DNA of 64,000 nucleotides from a virus, in the IMG/VR virus record IMGVR_UViG_3300037472_000016, positions 1 through 64,000 of that record. One strand, written 5' to 3'. Within the stretch, counting starts at the first letter, position 1, and every line of letters starts with the position of its first letter. Shown piece after piece: positions 46,034-56,250 of the stretch. The position numbers were made by a program, and so were the translations under genes. Below the pieces are notes generated by a model. It saw nothing but the letters and a program-made list of their open reading frames with translations, searched no databases and was not told the DNA's origin.

Positions 46034-47548
46034 ATGATAACGGAAACTGGAAAAGCAATTCTGTCAAAGTATCTCATTGGGCAAAGCCCAGGCTATGCTT
46101 CGCACATTGCTCTGGGATGTGGCCCAAGGCCCCTTGCAGCAGGAGAGGCTTTCGGAGATTATTCTAACAAGGAGTCTCTAGATTTCGAGATGTTTCGAGT
46201 GCCCATTATTTCTCGGGGGTACGTGACAGAAAACAATCAAACAAGCATTGCACTAACGGCAGAGCTTCCCACAGAAGAAAGATATGAAATCACCGAGGTT
46301 GGAATATATTCCGCTGGAGCAAACCCCTCTGCTGGTTCAAGAGATAGCAAAACTGTATTTTCTTTTTCTAGAAACGAGGGTTGGGAGTATCATGCAGAAG
46401 GAGTAGCGCAATCTCTTCCAGTCCGTAACCTTCCTCTAAACTCTCTAAGCCCTACAGACATAGACTTTCCAACGCTTACAGAGCAGTACAGGTATCACGT
46501 TTTAGCTGACGGTCTTACTGCAAACAGCTTTAGGGTTTCTGAAAGCTTGTTCAAGATTGTAATCGCTCCACCAGCACCACCTGCATCAGTAATTAGCGAC
46601 ATTGTTGTGTCAACAACAGGGCCTCAGTCCGGCACACACACTGTCTTGAACTCTGATGGAGAACCTATTGGAGCCGTCACAATGAGCGATAGTGGTTCAA
46701 ATCTAATCAGTCTAAACGGGCATGGATTGTCTGCCCAAGACTCTGTTTATTTTGTTAGCAGCGGAAGCCTTCCGCCCTCGATACTGTCTGCGCGACCAGT
46801 AGTTCCAGCACTTCAAACAGCCTCTAGCAACGTTATTTTTGTTCAAGAGGCAAGGGTGAAAAGGAATGAGCGGTCTCGATTCCTAGACAACGTTATTTTG
46901 TTGGGCGGAGACACTGGAAACATTGTGGTAAATCCTGATACTGGAAATCTAGAAGAAGGACCGCTTTCCAGGCACATTCATTTAACGGGACAATCTTTTT
47001 CTTTTGACAAAAACTCCTCTACAGATGAGTTAAGAATTGCCTTTTCTGTTGTAAATAGATTAGAGGCATCCGACAATCCAGAAGCGGTTAGGATTCTTGT
47101 TGAATTTCGTTCAACTGAAAGTGTAGGAGAGGGGTCTCAATTTGCAAAATTTGAGGCAGAGGTTTTCTTTGTTGAGCCACCAGCAGGAGTCAGTCAAAAC
47201 AGGTACATCGTTTTGTCTAAGAAGCTAGAAGATTTAGAAAAAAGTGCAAACTTCACCTGGAGCGCAATGAATGTTGCAAAAATTTCGGTATCGGTTCTAG
47301 ATACCGTTTTAGCCCCACCCCCAGGAGACCCACAAGGAGCACCAACCCTACAGCAACTTCAATCAGACAAATGGTATGTCGCACTAGATGCTTTGAGGTT
47401 TGAAAACACATCCATTAAAAACCCTCTTTACGGTTTGACGGGGTATTCGGTTGTTAGGACCGAAACCGCAGATGGATTGCCCATCATTAAAGGTTCAAAC
47501 ACAAAGAGCCTTGTTGAATTCAGGTTTGCTTTGTCTGTGGGAAACTAG
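46034..47548 (+). CDS. Baseplate / minor tail protein
   Basis: MIT..GK..L...IALG.G...ITEVGIYS N-terminal motif. Confidence 0.6.
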   Translation: MITETGKAILSKYLIGQSPGYASHIALGCGPRPLAAGEAFGDYSNKESLDFEMFRVPIISRGYVTENNQTSIALTAELPTEERYEITEVGIYSAGANPSAGSRDSKTVFSFSRNEGWEYHAEGVAQSLPVRNLPLNSLSPTDIDFPTLTEQYRYHVLADGLTANSFRVSESLFKIVIAPPAPPASVISDIVVSTTGPQSGTHTVLNSDGEPIGAVTMSDSGSNLISLNGHGLSAQDSVYFVSSGSLPPSILSARPVVPALQTASSNVIFVQEARVKRNERSRFLDNVILLGGDTGNIVVNPDTGNLEEGPLSRHIHLTGQSFSFDKNSSTDELRIAFSVVNRLEASDNPEAVRILVEFRSTESVGEGSQFAKFEAEVFFVEPPAGVSQNRYIVLSKKLEDLEKSANFTWSAMNVAKISVSVLDTVLAPPPGDPQGAPTLQQLQSDKWYVALDALRFENTSIKNPLYGLTGYSVVRTETADGLPIIKGSNTKSLVEFRFALSVGN

Positions 47549-47558
47549 AAGGTACGTA

Positions 47559-47762
47559 ATGGAAGAGTTAGTCAAAAAGATTATTGTTCCGGTATCTGAG
47601 ATACAACGTCTAACTGAAACAGACATTCAAGATGGTATCAAGCAGTATGTTCGATACCGAATTATTTCAGAAGACCGTAACAGAACTTCATCGTGGTCTC
47701 CGTTAGTAGAGTTTTCTTTGGATGAAGCTGGCCTAAATGTTCTAGATGGTGGTGCTCCTTGA
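47559..47762 (+). CDS. Small minor tail protein
   Basis: [19 protein letters not shown]; start reassigned to ATG 47559. Confidence 0.6.
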   Translation: MEELVKKIIVPVSEIQRLTETDIQDGIKQYVRYRIISEDRNRTSSWSPLVEFSLDEAGLNVLDGGAP

Positions 47763-49126
47763 CCCAGGTGGACAGTAGGGCATTTTCTAATATCCAGGTG
47801 CGCCGTGGTACGGCAGAGCAGTGGATAGCCAAAAATCCCATTTTGCTTGTTGGAGAGTTTGGATTTGAAACATCCAGCAATCGTGTAAAGATTGGCGATG
47901 GGGAGACACCGTGGAACTCTATGCCGTATTTTTCCACTACTGGTGGTGGAGCAACGGGTCTTACAGGAGCTACAGGCTCTACAGGTCCACAGGGTGCCGT
48001 AGGCCCCACAGGACCAACAGGAGCCATAGGTCTTACAGGACCAACAGGAGCCACAGGCTCTACAGGTCCACAGGGTGCCGTAGGCCCCACAGGACCAACG
48101 GGAGCCATAGGTCTTACAGGACCAACAGGAGCCACAGGCTCTACAGGTCCACAGGGTGCCGTAGGCCCCACAGGACCAACGGGAGCCATAGGGCTAACGG
48201 GAGTCGCAGGCCCAACTGGTCCAACAGGAGCAGACTCCACGGTACAAGGTCCAACAGGCCCAGAAGGAAGCATAGGGCTAACAGGACAGCAAGGTTCTAC
48301 GGGAGCCACAGGACCAACGGGGCCTTCATTTGTTGTAGAATCGGCAACAACAACAGATTCAGGCATTGTTAAGCTTGCCACTGCTGAGGAAACACTGGCA
48401 GTTGCAGATGGTAGCTTAGCAGTTACTCCACTTTCTCTTGCTGGTTTTTTGCCTGCTGGAATGGTTTCTCCCTTTGCTGGCAGCGCGGCACCAGCGGGCT
48501 GGATGTTTTGCGACGGGCAGGCTGTTTCACGCACTGTGTTTGCAGTCTTGTTTAATTCCATCGGCACTCAATACGGCGGAGGTGACGGCTCAACCACCTT
48601 CAACCTTCCTGACATGCGGGGCCGCGCGGTCGTCGGACGCGATGCGGGCCAGTCGGAGTTTGACTCGCTCGACCAAGCGGGCGGCGCTAAGACTCATTCG
48701 CTGAGCACGATAGAGACGCCCGCTCACAGTCACACTGTGAGCGCGACGACAAGCTCGGACTCGCATACCCACACCTTCAGCGCGACGACAAGCTCAGACT
48801 CGCACAATCACACCTTCAGCGGCACGACTGACAATCATGACATTCGCGCTGGGTTCTCAAGCGCTGACGGCAGTTCAGGGTCAGGTCGAATAAGAGCAGG
48901 GTTCGAGACGAACGGGCGATACACGCAAAGTCTCTCAGGCGGTGATCATTCGCACCCTTTCAGCGGCACAACAGCGTCAGACTCGCACACGCACACAGTC
49001 AGCGGCACAACAGCGTCAGACTCGCACACGCACACAGTCAGCGGCACAACGAGCACAACGCCGACAGCTGCCGCGCACAATAATCTTCAACCGTACCGAG
49101 TGCTCAACTTCATCATCAAAACCTAA
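47759..49126 (+). CDS. Tail fibre: Mtd-N-like, collagen, tail-collar domain and HxH needle
   Basis: 81-bp tandem repeats; P.GW..CDG..VSR...[21 protein letters not shown]; repeated SHTHT; HNNLQPY. Confidence 0.85.
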   Translation: MTQVDSRAFSNIQVRRGTAEQWIAKNPILLVGEFGFETSSNRVKIGDGETPWNSMPYFSTTGGGATGLTGATGSTGPQGAVGPTGPTGAIGLTGPTGATGSTGPQGAVGPTGPTGAIGLTGPTGATGSTGPQGAVGPTGPTGAIGLTGVAGPTGPTGADSTVQGPTGPEGSIGLTGQQGSTGATGPTGPSFVVESATTTDSGIVKLATAEETLAVADGSLAVTPLSLAGFLPAGMVSPFAGSAAPAGWMFCDGQAVSRTVFAVLFNSIGTQYGGGDGSTTFNLPDMRGRAVVGRDAGQSEFDSLDQAGGAKTHSLSTIETPAHSHTVSATTSSDSHTHTFSATTSSDSHNHTFSGTTDNHDIRAGFSSADGSSGSGRIRAGFETNGRYTQSLSGGDHSHPFSGTTASDSHTHTVSGTTASDSHTHTVSGTTSTTPTAAAHNNLQPYRVLNFIIKT

Positions 49127-49137
49127 CGGGAGAAAAA

Positions 49138-49236
49138 ATGACTGTGCAAGAGCTACCATCAGGCGCAACGCCTCGACGGGTGCGTTTGCAAGTCGCTAAC
49201 GGAGCACACGTCGAAGCGTCCTACACGAAAGGTTAA
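49138..49236 (+). pseudogene. 32-aa probable remnant of a co-acquired gene
   Basis: GGGAG RBS; GC-rich like the preceding fibre tip; ends abruptly. Confidence 0.35.
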
Positions 49237-49375
49237 CCTTCGGTGCTAGTGGAAATACTGACAGCGGAAGGAAGTGCGTCATTGCTTGTTTTTGACCGCC
49301 TTGTCGTGATAGAATGTATCTATGACAAAAACAATCATTATTATATTTGACTTTTCAGCGAAAGGGTAATAGATA

Positions 49376-51448
49376 ATGGCTCCAATTTCTTCCAGCATCG
49401 GAAGCATGTTCTTAGGCACCACCCCTGTTAGCCTTGCCTATCTTGGTGCTGTTCCTGTCCTAACGAACACCCAACCCCCTGCCAACCCGATCACCATTAC
49501 TCCCTCCAACTCGCTAGAGTCAATGGCGGTGCAACACGTAAGCAACTTCCGCACCTGGCTTGGTGGAGGACTGCAAGGATTTATTGGAGAGTTTGGGGTA
49601 CCTAACGACCGTCCTGTTTCTGAGCAAGACCAGTGGAATACCATGCAGGACAAAATGCTTCACAAGCTTAACGCTGACAAAATTGGGTGGACGTTTTGGG
49701 CTACCGGCCACTTGTGGGGCAACGGGTACAACGTTAGTTATTACGAAAACAACGGCAACCCAGGAGGAACTTGGTCACTAGAAGATAGTGCCGCGACAAT
49801 GGAAACGCACTACAACGACCCTGTACCGTTTACGGGTGGTAACTATGCAGGACACGAGTTCTTCAATGGATCAACGGCTCCTGCACTTGCCGACTGGCAG
49901 TTCCACAAGGGCCGCGGCATGAACTTAGCCCGCTATCCAATTGGGCCAGCATTTATTTACCCGACAGCAAACGCACCGTTGAACACAGCAAACTTGACGC
50001 ACATTCTTGACACGTTAAACCGCGCGCAAACTGCGGGTATAACTGTGATGCTTGACGTTCTCCACCCTGGTAGTGGTAACGATTACGCGAGAATGTTTGG
50101 GTTGCCCCTAACAAACCCCACTGCTCTTGCACACTATCAAGACTACATTACTCGCTTGCACGCGGCAGTTGGCGATCACCCTGCTCTGTGGGGCTACGAC
50201 ATTGCTAATGAGCCAAATGGCGTGACCCCTGCCCAATGGGAGACAATTAGTCAAACCTTGTACACATGGTACAGAACAACTCTCGGCTGGACAGGAAACA
50301 TTGTCATTCCTGCCGGTTCGTTTTCCGGTGCCCATTCACTGAACTCCCTTCATCCGAACGGGCCGTGGATTCAAACAAGCGGATACGACGCAAACCTGTA
50401 CTACACAGCCCACTACTACCCAAACCGTATTGGACAGTTTGGAAGTTACGATGGAACATTCAACAATCCAGACGCAACTCAGGCAAGCTTTAATGCCAAC
50501 GTGACGAGTGCTACCACTGCTGGCTTTACAGGTGGAGCGTTTACCTACACACCGCGCACCACGGTAGCACCGTCTACACCTACAGCGCCTACCCTTACGT
50601 CGAAAACACATTCGCAAGTGGTGTTAGGTTGGACGGCAGTGGCTGGGGCTATCGGTTATGTCGTGTACCGTAGTGGGAATAGAATTTTAGATACCGCTCA
50701 AACGTCAGCTACAATTACAGGCCTAACTCCAGAAACGGCATACCTGTTTTCTATTCGAGCATATAACGCTTCTTGGAATTTGTCAGCCAGTTCACCAAAC
50801 CTGTCGGTCACAACAAATGTTGCCCCTGTTTCATCTGGCAATGTTGTGTTCGATGCGGTATCAAGCAGGACAACAAGTTTTGCCAACAACTACACGTTCA
50901 CGCATACGGCATCCGGCGCAGATAGATATGCCCTGGTGTTTGTTGCCTTCCGAACTAACTCAATCACAGGCATTACCTATGGTGGGGCACCGATGACGCT
51001 GTTGCAGACAATCGTGAACACAAACGTTTCTGGTGGCCAAATTTGGGGCATTGCCGCACCAGCAACAGGCACGCAAACAGTTGCAGTATCTTTGAGCGGT
51101 TTCGTGCTAAACAATGCGGCGGCGCTGTCTTTTACCGGGGTAAATCAGACGGCAAGTGTTGATGCTGTCGCTGGAATTCCTGGAGGCTTTTCAGCAACCT
51201 CATCTACGCCGATTACGACCACAGTAAACAACGCACACATTGTTCACGCCTTTATGTCAAAAGAGAACAGAGTTCTCGATACAACCTCTGGGACAGAGCG
51301 CGTGGACATTGGAAACCCAGATGCCAACCTGGGTTCACTTGCCGTAGCTGACCTTGTTAGGGTCACGGCGGGTACTGGCTCCGTGGCTTGGACTGCGGAT
51401 ATCTCAGACAATTTTAGTACCATCGCGGTAGCGCTCCGACCAGTATAG
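49376..51448 (+). CDS. Circularly permuted GH5 glycoside hydrolase plus Fn3 and a C-terminal beta-domain
   Basis: GEFG and GWTFW precede GGNYAGHEF, GMNLARYP, ANEP and HYY. Confidence 0.75.
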   Translation: MAPISSSIGSMFLGTTPVSLAYLGAVPVLTNTQPPANPITITPSNSLESMAVQHVSNFRTWLGGGLQGFIGEFGVPNDRPVSEQDQWNTMQDKMLHKLNADKIGWTFWATGHLWGNGYNVSYYENNGNPGGTWSLEDSAATMETHYNDPVPFTGGNYAGHEFFNGSTAPALADWQFHKGRGMNLARYPIGPAFIYPTANAPLNTANLTHILDTLNRAQTAGITVMLDVLHPGSGNDYARMFGLPLTNPTALAHYQDYITRLHAAVGDHPALWGYDIANEPNGVTPAQWETISQTLYTWYRTTLGWTGNIVIPAGSFSGAHSLNSLHPNGPWIQTSGYDANLYYTAHYYPNRIGQFGSYDGTFNNPDATQASFNANVTSATTAGFTGGAFTYTPRTTVAPSTPTAPTLTSKTHSQVVLGWTAVAGAIGYVVYRSGNRILDTAQTSATITGLTPETAYLFSIRAYNASWNLSASSPNLSVTTNVAPVSSGNVVFDAVSSRTTSFANNYTFTHTASGADRYALVFVAFRTNSITGITYGGAPMTLLQTIVNTNVSGGQIWGIAAPATGTQTVAVSLSGFVLNNAAALSFTGVNQTASVDAVAGIPGGFSATSSTPITTTVNNAHIVHAFMSKENRVLDTTSGTERVDIGNPDANLGSLAVADLVRVTAGTGSVAWTADISDNFSTIAVALRPV

Positions 51449-51507
51449 TCCTGATTCGCAAAACAATCTTAAATCGTCACTGCCCTGAAACCTGCTATAA
51501 TTAAGAA

Positions 51508-51954
51508 ATGGCAAGATTACCACTACCAAACAGGGCGCAGCCCCTAGACGTTAACTATATCTATCAGATTGCAAATGAGCTAAACGCTCTCTCAGAAGAG
51601 GGGTCTGCTCTTGCACAGGGAAACAACTTCTTATTTTCTGGAAGAGACGAGCCTCCCAGGTCTTCAAAGATTTACGGAGCACAAATTTTTGCAGCAGTAA
51701 AAAAAGCAACAAAGGAAGTAGTAAACGCTTCTGAAACAGAAAGCATTACCTTTGACTTTCAGCCAGGATTTGCATATCCCCCAGTTGTACAGGCAACAAT
51801 CGAAAACTCTGGAAGAACAATCACCCCTGTTGGTGCAACGGTTAATATTCAAAGTGTTTCAACTTCGTCTGCTGTCGCAGTAATAAGTTTCGCAAGGTCT
51901 GGGGCCTTCACTGCAAATATTCACCTTACGGCAATCGGTCTACCCGTTTCTTAG
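51508..51954 (+). CDS. Minor virion protein (H-type-lectin-like C-terminus)
   Basis: FAYPPVVQAT...AIG pattern; leaderless. Confidence 0.55.
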   Translation: MARLPLPNRAQPLDVNYIYQIANELNALSEEGSALAQGNNFLFSGRDEPPRSSKIYGAQIFAAVKKATKEVVNASETESITFDFQPGFAYPPVVQATIENSGRTITPVGATVNIQSVSTSSAVAVISFARSGAFTANIHLTAIGLPVS

Positions 51955-51962
51955 GGGATAGC

Positions 51963-52490
51963 ATGGGCGTAAGTTTAGAAGAGTATAACTCTGAACCAGT
52001 TGTTCCGGCATGTAAAACTATTTGGTTTTTAAACGGAGACTTGGTAAGGCCAAAGCATACCAGTCGTGCATCAGGTCTAATGTCTATTTATAATATTACA
52101 AAGGACAGGATAGAGGCCTGCTTCTTGTCTGATTTTAGAAAGAATCGCAAAAGAGCATATACCGTAAAGCAAACAGCACTGCTTGTCAACAGGCACCCAA
52201 AGCACATTCCCAGACTTATGGGCTGGGGTGAAATTCCAGAGCCAACTGGAGCACAAAAAGATGGAACGCGAGCTTGGCAGGTGCGAGCGTATTACTCAGA
52301 AGATCAAGTCTATGAAATCCGTGATATCCTGGCAACGTACAACATTGGTTGGCCAAGAAAAGATGGGCTTGTCTTCAATAACATTACCCCCACTCGCCAG
52401 GAGTTGACACGCAGACTTGGCGACGGTATACTGACATATACACGAACAGACGATGGTCGCTTCATCCCAATCTGGGCTGAGAGCATTTAA
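51963..52490 (+). CDS. MerR-like/excisionase-type HTH DNA-binding protein
   Basis: YTVKQTA.LV..H......G.IP.P...R.YSEDQV. Confidence 0.6.
   Translation: MGVSLEEYNSEPVVPACKTIWFLNGDLVRPKHTSRASGLMSIYNITKDRIEACFLSDFRKNRKRAYTVKQTALLVNRHPKHIPRLMGWGEIPEPTGAQKDGTRAWQVRAYYSEDQVYEIRDILATYNIGWPRKDGLVFNNITPTRQELTRRLGDGILTYTRTDDGRFIPIWAESI
52404..52432 (+). promoter_or_regulatory. Consensus sigma-A promoter for the replication operon, inside the HTH gene
   Basis: TTGACA-17-TATACT. Confidence 0.7.
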
Positions 52491-52508
52491 CAGAAAAGAG
52501 AGAGAAAC

Positions 52509-52715
52509 ATGAATAACGACAACACGCAAGTAACTGTTTCACTGGGATACACAATCAACCTGGGCAACTTTCAGTCTATCCGTCTTGATTTTTCGGTAGA
52601 CGACTATGCTCGTCAGGGAGAGAACGTCAACGATGCCTTTGAACGTGTCTACAAGTTTGTAGAGTCTAAGCTAGTGGAGAAGTCAGAAGAGGCCAAGCAA
52701 GCCCTGGCAGAATAA
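52509..52715 (+). CDS. Hypothetical phage protein (GYTINLGNFQS motif)
   Basis: 68 aa; GAGAGAG RBS. Confidence 0.75.
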   Translation: MNNDNTQVTVSLGYTINLGNFQSIRLDFSVDDYARQGENVNDAFERVYKFVESKLVEKSEEAKQALAE

Positions 52716-53023
52716 TGGCTGAACGCAAGGAAAGAATGACCTTGCTCAGCAGGTACTCAAAGCTGCACACCGCGCGGTACGAGGCCAAGCCAACCTATAA
52801 CATCAATGTTGAGCAATGGGCGGCAGACGGACTAGTAGAGTCATATGGTATGCCTATGTGTTATGACCTGCTAGACTACTACTTTAGTGTTGCAGAAAAC
52901 CCTACGTGGAAGTATTTTGCAAACTACGCAGAAAAGATTATTCATGCACGAGCAGAGGTTGAAAGAGACCTGCAAGAGCGATTCGAGAGAAAGAAAATGG
53001 CTGAGAGGTGGTTGAATGAATAA
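52715..53023 (+). CDS. Hypothetical protein, possible helicase loader
   Basis: Coupled to the helicase gene. Confidence 0.6.
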   Translation: MAERKERMTLLSRYSKLHTARYEAKPTYNINVEQWAADGLVESYGMPMCYDLLDYYFSVAENPTWKYFANYAEKIIHARAEVERDLQERFERKKMAERWLNE

Positions 53024-54239
53024 CACAGAGTCAAAGCTTATGTCTGCTGTACTTGACGACAAGCAGATTTACGTTTTGCTACAGGCCAACGTGTCAAATC
53101 TCCTAAGCACTCACGGAGATATTTGGGAGTTCATTAGAAACTATTTTGAAAAGAATGGCTCTGTTCCTCCCACTGGGCTAGTCGTTGACAAGTTTAGAGA
53201 TTTTGCACCAATCCAGGGTATCGGCTCAACCAAGCATCACTTAGAGGAGTTGCAGTCTGAGTACCTTACAGACAGCCTCAAGACAATTCTTCGGTCAGCG
53301 GCCTCTGAGGTTCAGGGCGGTAGCGGAACAGATGCTCTTGAAGCAATCATTTCACAGACCTCTGAGCTAAAGAAGAACACCTCTAACATCAGGGATATTG
53401 ATGCTACAGACATTGAGTCTGCTGTTGCCTACTACGAGGACGTTCAGAAGAAGAATGCTCTAGGCTCTATTGGCATCAAGACCTCATTGCCAGGCTTTGA
53501 CAACTACTTGCCCTCGGGCATTATGCCTGGTCAGCTTGGGGTTTTCTTGGCGTACCCCGGAATTGGAAAGTCGTGGCTCGCCCTGTATTTCGCGGTACAG
53601 GCATGGAGGCAGGGAAAGTCACCACTAATCATTAGCCTTGAAATGAGCGAGGCAGAGGTACGAAACAGAGTATACGCAATCATTGCAGAGGGACTGTTTA
53701 CTCACAGACAGCTTAGTGCTGGTGAGGTAGACCTTGATGACCTACGGACATGGCATCGTAAAACAATGCAGGGTAAGCCAGAGTTCCATATCATTTCTAA
53801 CGACAGTGGTGGAGACATTACCCCATCGGTGATTCGTGGAAAGATTGACCAGTACCGCCCTGATTTTATCGTTGTTGACTACCTGCAACTCATGAGTCCT
53901 AACGGCAAGTCTGAGTCCGAAGTTGTTCGAATGAAGAACCTGTCTCGTGAACTAAAGCTTCTATCTATTGGCGAAGAGATTCCCATTCTTGCCATTTCAT
54001 CAGCAACTCCTGACGATGCCACCAAGATGGACACCGTGCCTACGCTTGGTCAAACCTCATGGTCACGACAGATTGCTTATGACGCTGATTTTGTCTTGGC
54101 TCTGGGCAGGGCATCAAACAGTGATGTACTGGAATGTGTTTTCAGAAAAAACAGAAACGGATTCATGGGTGAGTTTTTGCTCCAGGTAGACTTCAACAAA
54201 GGATTTTTTAAGTACAAAGACTACAGAGAAGATGCGTGA
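53016..54239 (+). CDS. dnaB: Replicative DNA helicase
   Basis: YPGIGKS, SLEMS, VVDYLQLM, IAYDAD, KNRNG. Confidence 0.92.
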   Translation: MNNTESKLMSAVLDDKQIYVLLQANVSNLLSTHGDIWEFIRNYFEKNGSVPPTGLVVDKFRDFAPIQGIGSTKHHLEELQSEYLTDSLKTILRSAASEVQGGSGTDALEAIISQTSELKKNTSNIRDIDATDIESAVAYYEDVQKKNALGSIGIKTSLPGFDNYLPSGIMPGQLGVFLAYPGIGKSWLALYFAVQAWRQGKSPLIISLEMSEAEVRNRVYAIIAEGLFTHRQLSAGEVDLDDLRTWHRKTMQGKPEFHIISNDSGGDITPSVIRGKIDQYRPDFIVVDYLQLMSPNGKSESEVVRMKNLSRELKLLSIGEEIPILAISSATPDDATKMDTVPTLGQTSWSRQIAYDADFVLALGRASNSDVLECVFRKNRNGFMGEFLLQVDFNKGFFKYKDYREDA

Positions 54240-54279
54240 TATACTTGCATAAGCAAATAACAAACAAAGACAAAACACA

Positions 54280-54624
54280 GTGCAGAGCATCCACCATAAG
54301 CCGATTAAGATGTTCAACCTTGCTGGAACGATAGCTAGCGATTCAGCTTTATGGAGGCTCAAGGAAGAGTTTGTTAGGCTTTTACAAATAGATATGCGTT
54401 CTGCTGGATACGTTCCTCGACTAGACATTCCAACAGACTTTACAATAGACTACAACCACGAGAAAGAATATTTTGAATTCTCATTGTCGATTCATGGAAT
54501 ATACCTAGGAAAGAGAAGAAGCGAATGGATAGCAGGGGTAGACGAGACTCGAATAATTCATATTCAGAAGAGCAAATCAAAAGAGTCCTCACAGGAATCG
54601 GAACCTCAATTGAGGGAGAAGTAG
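54280..54624 (+). CDS. Hypothetical protein
   Basis: 114 aa; extended -10 upstream; overlaps the primase ORF. Confidence 0.6.
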   Translation: MQSIHHKPIKMFNLAGTIASDSALWRLKEEFVRLLQIDMRSAGYVPRLDIPTDFTIDYNHEKEYFEFSLSIHGIYLGKRRSEWIAGVDETRIIHIQKSKSKESSQESEPQLREK

Positions 54625-55469
54625 ACTCCGACTTTCTGATCTTCTGCCCCTTCCATGGCAACTTTAGAACTCCTGCCGGAGAGATAGACAAAAGAACTGG
54701 AATCTTCTACTGCTTCTCCTGTCACAAGGTGGTAGAGCTAGAAGACTACGTTATGCACGTTTCGAACAGAACATACTTTGAAGCCGCACGGTATGTAAAG
54801 ACTCGGGAACAAAGCACAACCATTGAGCAAGACATTGTTCGTCAGCTAGAAGAAAAGCCAATGTATGTTCAGTTTGACGATGTTCTTGTCAAAAGACTAA
54901 GCACGCAAGCCATGTCTTCACCCAGAGCAATGCGGTACTACAGAGGTCGATCAATCACAGAAGACTCCATTAAAAAGTTTTCTCTTGGCTATTCCGAGAA
55001 AATGGACATGGTTACTATACCTGTAGCGGCACCAGACGGAATGACCGTGGGCTTTGTTGGACGCTCCGTTGAGGGTAAAGAGTTTAAGAACACTCCCAAG
55101 CTGCCAAAGAGCAAGGTGTTGTTCAATTTGCACAGGGTAAAAGCATCGCGCCAGGTCTATGTGGTAGAGTCGTCTTTTGATGCCATTAGGTTAGACCAGG
55201 TAGGAATGCCAGCGGTAGCAACCTTGGGCGCAAACGTTTCAAACATTCAAACAGGCTTGCTTCAAAAATACTTTAACGACATTATTGTTGTTGCAGATAA
55301 TGATGAAGCTGGAGGAAACATGAAGGACAGGCTTATCGAAAGGCTTGGCTCTCGTGTCTCTGTCGTCCAACTGGACAAACAGTACAAAGATATTGGCGAT
55401 ATGTCAGACGAGGCAATTGAGGAGATAAACTTCACATTTGACAAGTCCATTATGGCCATGTTACAATAA
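54525..55469 (+). CDS. dnaG: DNA primase
   Basis: CPFH...CFSC zinc finger; TOPRIM VVES.FD, DNDEAG. Confidence 0.9.
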   Translation: MDSRGRRDSNNSYSEEQIKRVLTGIGTSIEGEVDSDFLIFCPFHGNFRTPAGEIDKRTGIFYCFSCHKVVELEDYVMHVSNRTYFEAARYVKTREQSTTIEQDIVRQLEEKPMYVQFDDVLVKRLSTQAMSSPRAMRYYRGRSITEDSIKKFSLGYSEKMDMVTIPVAAPDGMTVGFVGRSVEGKEFKNTPKLPKSKVLFNLHRVKASRQVYVVESSFDAIRLDQVGMPAVATLGANVSNIQTGLLQKYFNDIIVVADNDEAGGNMKDRLIERLGSRVSVVQLDKQYKDIGDMSDEAIEEINFTFDKSIMAMLQ

Positions 55470-55496
55470 ATAACAACCAAAGGAGAAACAAAAACT

Positions 55497-56159
55497 ATGA
55501 GCGTAATCAAGGGACTAAAGAATATCAATGCCCTGCTTAATGAGCAAAAGTATGACGGTGGCTCAAAGGTTCGTTGGGTCAAGCTGGCTGACGGCCAGGC
55601 TGTCAAGATTCGTTTTGTTGAAGAGCTTGACGAAGATTCTGCCCACTACAATGAAGAGCGTGGTTTAGCCCTTGTTGTTAAGGAGCACCAGAACCCAAAG
55701 GATTACAGGCGCAAGGCTGTAGACACCATGGACGACGAGGGTCGTGATTGGGCAGAGGAAATGTACCGAAAAGACCCCAAGGGTAACTCAGGATGGAAAG
55801 CTCGCAAGCGCTTCTACTGCAACCTCTTGGTGGACGACGGCACAGAGGCCCCATATGTCGCGGTATGGTCAATGGGTGTCAGCAAGCAGTCCTCTGTCAA
55901 TACTCTTATTGAGTATGCAATGGACACTGGTAGCGTGTCAAACCTTGTCTGGAAGCTAAAGCGTAACGGCGTAGGCACAGAGACAAGCTACATGCTTCTT
56001 CCAGGTGCTCCTGACTCGGAGCCTTTTGCATGGGGAGACACAAAGCCTCACGCTCTAGAAAAGGCTATCAACCAGATTCCTTATGCTGAGCAGGAGTCTT
56101 TCTACCTTGGCTTTGATGGTCCATCAGAGGCTTCCACTTCTGCAACCGCAGAGTGGTAA
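55497..56159 (+). CDS. Single-stranded DNA-binding protein (gp32-like)
   Basis: KL.DG...IRF, KRNG.G..TSY, acidic tail. Confidence 0.7.
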   Translation: MSVIKGLKNINALLNEQKYDGGSKVRWVKLADGQAVKIRFVEELDEDSAHYNEERGLALVVKEHQNPKDYRRKAVDTMDDEGRDWAEEMYRKDPKGNSGWKARKRFYCNLLVDDGTEAPYVAVWSMGVSKQSSVNTLIEYAMDTGSVSNLVWKLKRNGVGTETSYMLLPGAPDSEPFAWGDTKPHALEKAINQIPYAEQESFYLGFDGPSEASTSATAEW

Positions 56160-56171
56160 GATAGTTCTCGT

Positions 56172-56210
56172 GGGGTTCACCTTGTCTTTCTAAAAGTCAG
56201 GGTGGACCCT
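56172..56210 (+). terminator. Stem-loop between SSB and dnaE
   Basis: GGGTTCACCTTG/CAGGGTGGACCC. Confidence 0.5.
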
Positions 56211-56250
56211 ACACCAGTTTCTGCACACAAACGAGAGAGAGATTATTTTT

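Noticed and set aside
47662-48567. Long antisense or alternate-frame ORFs here and across the tape measure, capsid and dnaE genes
   Set aside because: Shadows of repetitive or codon-biased sense genes; no RBS or promoter support
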